From contig NC_043024.1 of assembly GCF_006345805.1 (NCBI RefSeq), positions 12,896,001-12,960,000 of the forward strand: a stretch of 64,000 bases of DNA. Reading direction: 5' to 3'. This DNA comes from Octopus sinensis (taxonomy: Eukaryota). A model generated the notes under the pieces. That model worked only from the letters and a program-made list of their open reading frames with translations, was not told the origin of the DNA and searched no databases. Numbering within the stretch: position 1 is the stretch's first letter; each line of letters starts with the position of its first letter. Positions 53,945-64,000 of this stretch are shown here, in pieces. The translations under genes were made by a program, and so were the position numbers.

Positions 53945-54105
53945 GTTTCAAATTTTGGCACAATGCCAGCAATTTCGGAGGAAGGGATAAATAGATTACA
54001 TCGTCCTCAGGGTTAACCGGGACTTACTTTATCGACCCCGAAAGGATGAAAGATAAAGTCGACCTCGGCGTCATTTGAACTCGGAACTTAAAGGCGGACG
54101 AAATG
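53945..54105 (-). mobile_element. SINE family B, head replaced by the adjacent insertion
   Basis: Family B core. Confidence 0.85.
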
Positions 54106-54107
54106 GA

Positions 54108-54360
54108 GTTTTCAGTTTGTTGTTTGTCCATGGACAATCTATCTTTAAAACCGCTGGATAGGTTTGGATGAAATTTTTAGGGACGTTTGGCCTCATGACT
54201 GCCACGAACTGATTAGATTTCGGTATCGATCCAGTACTGAACAGATATTCCGAATTATTTGTTATTTTTACTTTACTTTTAAGTATTACGATCTTACGAT
54301 GATATTCATGTCTTTCTCTGATTAACTCCATTGAAAGCGCGCTCATGGTTTCCAAAGTTT
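54108..54360 (+). mobile_element. Helentron-associated (HINE-like) non-autonomous element
   Basis: tatct..aaaaccgctggatagg tttggatgaaattt..tgattagatttcggtatcgatcc pattern resembling HINE/DINE-like cores; right boundary uncertain. Confidence 0.5.
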
Positions 54361-54800
54361 TAATTTCGTTTCTCTATTATTAATTTTACTCGCGTCTCTA
54401 TCTTAGTAGAAAGTGATGGATAAAGAAATCACACTACATAAACAAACGGCATCAAAACCGTTCAGGAATTAAATCACACTAACATATTCAGTAACAATAA
54501 TAAATTTAATTTATCTTCGACAATTTTTAGTTTCACCAATTTTGAATATATCGCTCATGTTACCTACTTGACAATTGCATTTCTCGCTCTTGAAGAAAAC
54601 TTTGTTTCTTAGACTCACGTTTTTGTGTTCAACGATGTTGTTAAACCTCCGTTAAAAGCACCCTATGTAGATCCTTTCCGTTTTCTTTCACGCACGGATA
54701 AAGTTTTCACTATAAACCTTAATGGTCGTAAAACCCTATATCAGAGGTTAGACTAAAAAAGGCCTTCAGAAAGAAAACTGCCCCTGTTCCCACTGCAGAC

Positions 54801-54851
<51 letters not shown>

Positions 54852-56214
54852 CGTTACAAGCACGGCCCGAACACCCACCTCCACTTTATATGACTACCAC
54901 CGAGATCGACCAGGATTCTGGATTATTTTTCCGTTTTTTTTTTTTACTTAATTTTTGTCTGTGTGTGGGGTGTTGTTGTTATTGTTGTTATCATCGCTAT
55001 TGTTGTTACACTTGTTTTCGTTTCGTCTGTAGCCAGACCGAAACTCGTACAAATTCAAAAACAAAACGAGATACACCGTAGATTTTGAACTCAGATCATG
55101 AAACTTAAAAATGAGGAAGCAATGAGTCTCACACATGTTGTGAACCACTCCGAAAATCCTGCTAAGTTTCAAAAGAGAATATCCAAAACCAAATTGGTTC
55201 TGCCAATTGATATACCTGAAAATCTAGTTTATACATTGTAGGTATTCACATCTCTGTAGAATTGTAGCTGGAACAATGTGCCAGGTAACTGGTACGCTTG
55301 TCAGTCTCTATGGCACAGGTGCCCGTGTGTCTATTAAAAATTTAATAAAAACGTTTGTACAATAATTGGAGATAAATACAGCGATATATTACTGAAGAAG
55401 TATGAAGGACAGAACAGGAGGACAGCGAAGAAAAATGTTGGTAATTATGGCAGATGAAAGAATACAGTACACTGCGCATACATATATACACATACTCACA
55501 CACACACGGACATACAGCCAGTGGTTATGAAACAAGGTAAATACACATACACAAGGATGTAAGCATACTTATATATATATACACAATTATAGACACATAT
55601 ATACGTGTCATTACATACACACAGATTTTATCTTACTTATTCTCACTCTCATCCACATTTTTCACTCTCTTTAAAAGTGTACGTGTCTGTATGTGTTTGT
55701 GCGTGGATGCGAATAGAATATACATACATGCAAACTATATATGCATATGTATGAACAGATACACGCATATACACGTAGACAAGAAGTAGGCATATTCATA
55801 CACACTACTTGCATACACTCACATATAAATTTATGTTATGATTTCAAATTTCCCATATACTTTACTCGATATTCGTGTCAAATGAGAACAATCATCCGCC
55901 GTTTGCTGGAGGCAATCACGAATCTTTACTAAAGTAGCTGTGAAATGATAGAAATCTGCTCATTAATAAATATGTATAGAATACCAGAGGTACGGAGTAG
56001 ATATTCTTTCCACGTTTAATATTCAAATACAATTTCGTATACACACCGCCAACTAAACACTTCCATGCACACGCATACAGTTTTACACATCAATATACAT
56101 ACATAAGTGTGTGTGTCTGAGTGTGAGCATATGTACATCGTTCATATATACATAAGCAGCATATATATATATATATATCTCATATGGATATATATATATA
56201 TATATATATAATAT

Positions 56215-56297
56215 ATATATGTTTGAGTGTATATATATATATATATGTTTGAGTGTATTATATATATATATAATATATATATATATTATATGTTTGA

Positions 56298-56334
<37 letters not shown>

Positions 56335-56389
56335 TGAGTGTATATATATATTATATGTTTGAGTGTATATATATATATTATATGTTTGA

Positions 56390-56434
<45 letters not shown>

Positions 56435-56480
56435 TTGAGTGTATATATATATATATATTATGTTTGAGTGTATATATATA
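56215..56480. repeat. Minisatellite: TATGTTTGAGTG units separated by (TA)n
   Basis: About eight copies. Confidence 0.92.
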
Positions 56481-57600
56481 CACATTTAAACATTTATAAA
56501 CATATATGTATACACACACACATATACATATAGGCTTATATATATGGCTATGTGTATATGTAACTAGAAATGTTTACGCGCGCGCACAAACACACACATG
56601 TATATATATATGCAGATATACATAAATGTATACGCGTATCTACTAGACACGCATGTGTTTTATATGGTACGCTGTATTCCTGAAAAAGACACAAAATAGG
56701 CATTCATCATAAAGGTGTTCCGTACACGTTTCCATATAATTAAATAAGTGCAATGACAATGTCTACATGAGAAGTAGAACGGAAATTAAAGAATCCTAAA
56801 TGTATAATACAATGGACAGATACGAATATTACATTTATGTATGGACGGAGAATGGCGGCGTGGTTATGCTGGGCGATTCGTATTACTGAGGACTTGCAAT
56901 GAAACTCACTGCGTACAACCTTGGCGAATGTCTTTGAGAACAGTTTCGTATTAGGATTGAATATATGAAAACTGGGAAACTGGGTGGAAGCCTGATTTAT
57001 GGATTTTACCTGTAATTCACTGGTAAAGTATGTGTCACGTTGGTTATCCACAAGTACACCTGTCTATGTTTCACAAACTGTACATAGCACAAATACGAAT
57101 GTTCTAGCATCCAAAGGGCTTCTTTGAGGGCCTGCGATCATAAAGGTACTTAAAACAATAGAGAAAATATAATACATGTTACCAAGACAAACGCATTCAC
57201 AGCTGGTTAGCGCCCCTCCTAGTTTCTTTCTTTCTCTCTCTCTCTGCACACAAACGCATCATAGCATATAATATGCACTAGCTCCAATTAATTTCATGCA
57301 GCGACATGAAAATAAATACAGCAAGTACACATCATGGCTGGTTTTATGCTTTACACAATAAAACAAGAAAAAAGGGACTCGCCATGTGGTATATTTGAGT
57401 CGAAACGTTACTTGGAAACAAGAGGCTTAAAGCATAAGGTTTCTTGGTTATTTTGTTTTCACAGCATGAAATCAACAATCGCTCGTATTTAAATAGTGTG
57501 GATATCAAATGATATTTATCTCTAAATGGGTGGAATACATTTTATGATGATCCTACAAATAACGGAGCAGAGAATTATATATATATATATATATATATAT

Positions 57601-58650
57601 ATCCTAAAGTGGGAAAATGATTTTGCTCAAGTTAGTGTTGTCCATCTTAGTTCTATCATTAAACGAATTTTATTGGTTTGTCAATCCTTATTTAATGACT
57701 ATGGTTTCCATGCTGCTATATCTAGCGATCTTGTTCTGTCGAAAAACAGAACTTGTGGTCGTTGCACCCACTGCACTGTTTCTGAGCGCTCGGGTGTTAT
57801 CCTTCCTACGATTGTATTTAATTGTAGTAACCTGTTTCTTACTAAATTTTCCGGCCCTATTTTCTTGGTTTCTTCTTTAAGTATTCTGGCTATTAAAGTC
57901 ATTTCTCCTATCCACCCTATTGTTTTTATAGGTTCTCAGGAAATTAGATTCTACTCTAGTATCGTGTGCCGCTAGGATTTGTGTTAAGTTGTTGTTAGCG
58001 GAGAATGCCAGCCTGACATTTTGCCTATCACATATTCAATGGTCTTAATGGTATTCGATTTAGTAAAGTGTTTATCGATTGCATGGAAAAACTTCTTTGA
58101 GATATTGGAAACAATCTGCCTACCGAACACTGCGTTATGCCATAATGTAGTCCACGAATTGTTATTACCTTGGAGATCCCTATTATTATAAGAGGTAGAA
58201 TTGGCAATGAGATGATATTTTATTTTTGATTTGTTGATTGTTCCCAGGCCTGGTACTATTATTCCCATAGATAATATTAGTGTTTGGTTCATTTCTATGC
58301 GTGGAGTGGTTTTTCCAAATCCTAATGTTCTGTTTACTATTATTTGCTATTATTTTCACAACGGAGTTCAGCCATAAATTCTTCCTCGTCTTTATCCTCT
58401 TCGTTATTGTTTAAGTTGCATATTTTGCATTTACATCCTCTTTACCCGTTCCTTACTTCTACCGGTTTTGTTATTTCCTATGAGTCCTTTTTATGAAATT
58501 TTGTCATTGTTTTCTGGGTTGTTAACCGTTATACTTCGGGCCCCATTAATATTTGTATCTATCGTAACTTGGTTCAATGTCTATTTACCAATTTGTCTTT
58601 GTATATCCCGCCTCTTCTTCTAATGTATTCTTCCAATGTTTTCCATCTAT
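57601..58650 (-). pseudogene. Penelope-like element ORF relic (post-RT linker and GIY-YIG C-terminal part)
   Basis: TLWHNAVFGRQIVSNISKKFFHAIDKHF (like IIWFNPPFSxxVxTNIGKxFLxLIDKHF) and IK*GLTNQ*NSFNDRTKMDNTNLSKIIFPL*D (like FKxRxxNHxxSF..TxLSKxIWxLK). Confidence 0.7.
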
Positions 58651-58656
58651 TTTAGA

Positions 58657-58990
58657 CTAGCAGAAATACCCGGCGTTGCCCGAGTTAATGGCTCAGAGAA
58701 TTAACAGTAACATCGCAAATCTCTTTACCTAACTTATAGTTTAATGTTTTCGAAAAACATACTCAGTGAAATTTCGGACGAAGAACACTTTGAAAACCGT
58801 TTTATTTTTCTACTCTTAAGAATAATTTTTGCTTTGTATCCAAATTCCAAACATATGCAACTCCAATTCTGTAAACATCTGTACGCAAATTAAAATCTCT
58901 TCAAATTCTTTTTACTTTCTGCTTAACCGTAATCCTTACTCTAACTCAAAATTGTAATCGTAAGTGATAAATGAAACCGTAACGTTAAAC
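58657..58990 (-). mobile_element. Helitron 3' end (extent uncertain)
   Basis: A-CTAG-CAGAAATACCCGGCGTTGCCCGAG, same terminal architecture as 17715. Confidence 0.6.
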
Positions 58991-60792
58991 TCAAATCGTC
59001 AGCGGAGCGAGAAAGAGCATGATATGAAAGATGTGTGTGTGTGGAGAGAGAGAGAGAGAGAGATTGAAGAGAGAGGGAGAAAGAGAGAACGGCTATTGTA
59101 TTGACGTTACCATTCCACAGCTACTCATATTTGTCGCTTACGCAACTCTGTTCTCCCCTTCCCTGACAGCATTCAGCCTCCCTATGCCAACTCATTTCCC
59201 TCAGACTAACACTCTTGCACCTTTCTCATTTTATCCCAAAATATACCACCCTACCGTTACAATTTTCTAAATTATAAGATATGTTTGCTGATAGTTTAGG
59301 GATGCGGATAGAAATGTTGTTGATTATGGATTTAGTTATATTTTTAGGGTGATTACTACTGAGGTTAATGTATCTGACGTTGTCATTAAGTTGAGGGTGG
59401 GGTTTGAATAGAGCCGTACTATGATCTAAAGTAACTTCCAGGAAATTAACTAAATTTGGCTTTTCCTCAAAAGAGACGGAAAAGACAATGCCTTTGAGAA
59501 TCTTAATTTTTTCTTTTGTATTTTATTTCAACACTGATAAGTTTATTTAAGGTGAACAGAGCATCATCCCTGTATAATTTGGCCCCCTATTTGTGGAAGC
59601 TCCTTATTGATACAGAATAAGATGTGTATCCCTTCTCAGTTGGTTACCTGGGTGGAGTCACTAGATTCCATGGAAATATCGAACTTATGCGGCCTATCCT
59701 TTCTGGTCCAGTACTTTCCCATGAATTCTATAAGGGATTTTCTGGCAGCAAGTATGACGGCTACCTCAACAAAGAACTACTTTTTGCCGTGAGAGATACT
59801 AATCTCCATATTATCTCATCTGGAGTTGGTAACAAGTACAACTAGGCGATTATTCTACCCTCTCAAGAAGTAAAGATCATTCATATATATGTGGGTGGGT
59901 GTGTATATGTGTATGTGTGTACACAAAAATATATATATATATATTATATATGATATAAATTTATAAATATCAGAGATTTACTCAGAAATACATCCATATA
60001 ACTCACGCCGTAAACACACCCACCCACCACTTGCATACACACATAGACACATACAGACACACAAACTCATATATATAAATATAAATAGATAGATTGATAG
60101 AGAGAGAGAAAGAGAGTGTGTGTGTCGTCGTATCACCACATAAATCATATATATTTGATATTTTCGAAGCTAAAAAAAATTAGCTGTGATTGAATAAATA
60201 TCTCCAATATTGGTTTTCGTTCTGTAAATTTCCTCATCCCAATATTTAATTACAAGCTTTTCGAAAACTATAACATAGTAAATTTATATTCTGGCGACCA
60301 GAAGACAGAAGATGAATTGCAATAATGTCTACACTCAAAGTACATGGCCCTCGTTTTTGTTTTAGTACACTTCGTTCTTGAAACAATTTTTTGCACTTAA
60401 TTATTTTGAAATACATTCTTATCAATGCGACAAAATGGCTACGCATTTACGTTTTTCCGATTATCTGGTCCCTGTTGAAAAAAAATAATGTTTGGAAAAC
60501 CAAATAACTTTACAGAACGTTGGCTTTTCTTGTATGGTTATTGTATAAATGCTTTATAAAGAAACATAATGGCCGCAAGAAATGCTTTGGTTTATCATCG
60601 TTACTTCGGGTCTATAACAATGCTTCGTCTGAGCGATGTAATATAATCTTTACTCTTGGTTATATTTAACATTTCTGTATCTATATATGTATATCTACAT
60701 AATCTCTTCTCTTTTACTTGTTTCAGTAATAATGATAACAATAATAATAATAATAATAATAATGATGATGATGATGATAATAATAATGATAA

Positions 60793-61520
60793 TAGCCCTA
60801 TACTTGCAGCGGAGATAGAAAGCGCTATACTGGCAGGGCAAGACCAGCTTCGGAGGGTGCGCAATTGTCTCAGCCGTTCTCCATATCACGACCGAATACT
60901 CTAGATTTACCCCAAACCAAAAAGGTTGTGGCAACACGTTAAGGAAACGGAAGTGCTACATTGGAATCTGTGCGAAAAGTGGGGTCTAGAGAGTGGTAAC
61001 ATGTGATATGAGCACAAACCTCAGAGAGTGGTGGAGTCAGAGATATGCAAAATCATCTGGCCCTTCCCACTCCACACAGATCAAGTGCTGGAGCATTAGA
61101 GACTGGACCTAGTAGCGGTCGACAAGATGCGCCAGATGTGTTATATAGTTCATATTGAATGCGCCTTTGACCCACGGAATAGTCAAGAGGGAAAGCGAAA
61201 AAGTAGCTAAATACTACATTTTCTTAAGTAGTATTTCTTAACCCTATTAAGCCCGGCTACGCAAAATGAAGAAGGGGAAGAGAGTGCCAATTGCTGTTGG
61301 GTTCTTCGGGACAGTATCAAAAGGTATCGAGAGGAATATAAAAGAAATCAAAATAGAGTCCTACAAAAGTTTTGCCTCCTTGGCAAAGCCAGAATAATGA
61401 GGAAAGTGTTAGATAGATGAAAAGAATGGTTAGCATGGTATCGTTGGCTGCAGGCAGCGAGCCCACGACGCATGCGCGACTCTAGGAATTCCAACAAAAC
61501 CTGAGATAAAAAGAAATAAT
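60793..61520 (+). pseudogene. R4/Dong-like non-LTR retrotransposon 3' part (RLE endonuclease relic)
   Basis: ESAILAGQDQ..LHWNLCEKWGL..YEHKPQRVVE..KIIW..TDQVLEH*RLDLVAVDK..VPIAVGFFG..LQKFCLLGKARIMRKVL; preceded by (AAT)n. Confidence 0.85.
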
Positions 61521-64000
61521 AAAAATTCATGAACGACTTGAAGATGTTCACAAAACGTGAGACAAAACAGTCGATTAACTCTTCAACCTGGTGCTCCAGC
61601 ATGACCGCTGTCCGTTGAGTAAAACAAGTAAAAGAGGAAGTCAAATGCCCAGTGTTTGATTGAAGGTATTCCAACTGAAGGCCATAAACAGAATATTTCC
61701 TGAGAAAGGAACCTTATGAAAAGGAGACTTGAAAACTGAATGAACGAAAATATATAAATATAAAAAAGACAGAATAGAATCAAAGAATAAATGAGAAAGA
61801 ATAAAGAAGGTATTATTATTATTATTAATATTATTATTATTATCATTATTATTATTATTATTAATATTATTAGAAGGTATTTAAAAGAAAATCTCAAAAG
61901 ACTTGAGTGGTGAAACAAGTTACATGGCGAACTATTTAAGCGTAATGCTAACAAAGCTATTTTATTGTCAAAGGGACTGATTTTAGTGTAAAAATAATGT
62001 AAAAATGTCAGAATATTATCTCGTTAGAAACGTTGTTTTTTTTTTCAAAAACGCCATCTATCAAATGTTTCATGAATATTAAATTGATATGAAGTTCACT
62101 CGAGGTACCAACTACTTAATGCCTATTTCTATAGGTAACGGTGAATAAAATTAAAGTGATATGAAATTAACTTCAGAAGCTTCGTACTTAATGCATATTT
62201 CTATGGGGAAGACTGAATGTAGTTCAATTTGATTCATAGGAATTAAAACGCCGTGTATAAAATACCAAGAGAAACAGATTTTTCGGAAAGTTAACAAAAG
62301 AAAAAAAAACATGAATGTAAATTTTACAACCAAAAGAAAGATTAAATGTGAATTACATTTGCTTTTATTATTTTGGTTAATTATATTAATAGACATTAAA
62401 TTGATTCAATAAGTAATTTTAAATATTATAATGACTTCATTGCTGAATCAATAAAAAAAATGTTTTAGTTGAAATATTTCATGGTTTGTAACAATAGGAA
62501 AGACAGCGACTCATGGAATCGTACAATTCGTCTGCGAGTAAATACTGTAACTATGGAATAGTTTAGGTGTAATACACAGCGAAAAAAAATAACGGTTCAC
62601 ACACGATATGATACATTACAAAACTTGTTTAGAGGGAAATGTTTAGATACAAAATGTGTACATGGGCAAGAGGCCGTTCTAAAAACAACCTAGAATTCAA
62701 TATATTTAGTAGAATGGAACTTCTTACTTTTAGTAGAACTCGGGTATTAGAGAGAAAAAATAATATATAAAATTCCCAAATTATATTACAAAAACTGCTG
62801 TCGTATATATTGTAATTATAAATCAATAAAATGTGTGTGAAATACCATTTGTTATAAAATGTAATTTGTTATATACATTAATATACACACACATGCATAT
62901 ACATATCCGTACACACAAACACACACATGCATATACATATCCATACACACAAACACACACATATATAGATATATATTCTACATCAATACATGCATATACA
63001 TGTATATAAATGTAGTATTATTAAATTTTTAAAAAGTGTATGTTTTGGTTGAGAATTTTAATATTGAAGTATAAATCAGACAAACTCAAAACGGTGTTTT
63101 TTTTTTAGTAACAAAATAATAACACTAAATCTGAGTGAACAAAGTACCTACAGAAAATCTATTTATTGATAGATGTTTGAAAATAAGCGGGTACAATTTA
63201 AGGATATTGGTTTCAGAAGGCAGTAACTGGATGATGGGAAAATTGGAAATAGTAAAATATAAAAAGTGAGAAAAAAAAAAAAACGATTATTAAAAAAAAA
63301 TCAGATTTGTAAGAATTTGAATGGGTAGGATATAAAAAATGGAAATAGAATTTGTTTGAGCAAATTCAAAATGAAAATGGACGCCATTTTTACATGGAAT
63401 ATATTTTAATTTAATTTTTTTTGTTAGTTACGTGGACATAAAATCACATATACAAATATGAACATACAGTTATCTTGTAAACACACACACACACACACAC
63501 ATACACACAGGCACACATATATACCGTAGTAGATATTAGTAATATATTGTAATATTCCCTGCGGAGTCAGTCTGATGTTTCCCTGAGTTCACCCACAAGG
63601 TCTACAGGATTTTCGGGCAATTTATAACTCACCAGGAACCTTAAGTAAACATAAAGCAAATTTAGAAGAACAAGATCCTAGGTCGAACAAATTTATATAT
63701 TTATGTGTGTATGAGTGTGTGTGTGTGTGTTTGTGCAAAAATATATAAATAGATTCCATGTATACACTATGTAGAAAGACGCTTCTAAACAATAATGAGA
63801 TGGTAACGCCTGTTATATATTTCCTAATGTCTTTTCGATCTGGGTTCCTCTGAAACTAAATATGAATTCCATCGCACAAGTACTTCTACGAGTCACCTCT
63901 TAATTACCTAACGTGCAAAACACACTCTGCTTTCATTACATACACACGAATGAACATGATGCGTGTGTATGCGTGTGTGTGTGTGTGTGTGTGAGAGAGA

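Noticed and set aside
55205-55230. Minus-strand ttttcag|gtatat acceptor-donor juxtaposition (similar near 63150)
   Set aside because: Weak polypyrimidine tract and non-consensus donor; expected by chance in AT-rich DNA
57375-57412. GACTC..GAGTC-GAAACGTTA hammerhead 3' half
   Set aside because: No CUGANGA upstream
59607-59845. Two overlapping non-repetitive short ORFs
   Set aside because: No recognisable motif or convincing splice signals
508-62826. Hundreds of ORFs rich in Y/I/C/V/H/T or R/E/S/L
   Set aside because: They are translations of (TA)n, (TG)n, (CA)n and (GA)n microsatellites with no domain signal

Overview
AT-rich, microsatellite-saturated eukaryotic non-coding DNA with one 100-N assembly gap. 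The SINE families resemble octopus (cephalopod) tRNA-derived SINEs as I recall them; this was not verified by a search. No intact protein-coding gene is present, and nearly all ORFs in the track are (TA)n/(CA)n/(GA)n translation artefacts. The window is a transposon graveyard containing four tRNA-derived SINE families, RTE, CR1 and R4/Dong-like LINE relics, a maT (DD37D) transposase relic, mariner and hAT MITEs, Helitrons and a decayed Penelope-like (PLE) ORF. Three signals stand out. (1) Several short PLE terminal-repeat remnants sit in (TA)n tracts and carry minimal type-I hammerhead ribozymes, often as fold-back inverted repeats; one is a 200-bp spacerless palindrome with an intact hammerhead core on each strand. 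(2) A minus-strand 3' splice site is followed directly by GTAAGT and a 49-nt exon (recursive-splicing or micro-exon candidate) and is flanked by inverted SINEs, which suggests the window lies in a very long intron. (3) A young-looking, internally deleted bipartite RTE element is present. Boundaries of degenerate repeats are approximate because they were read by eye.
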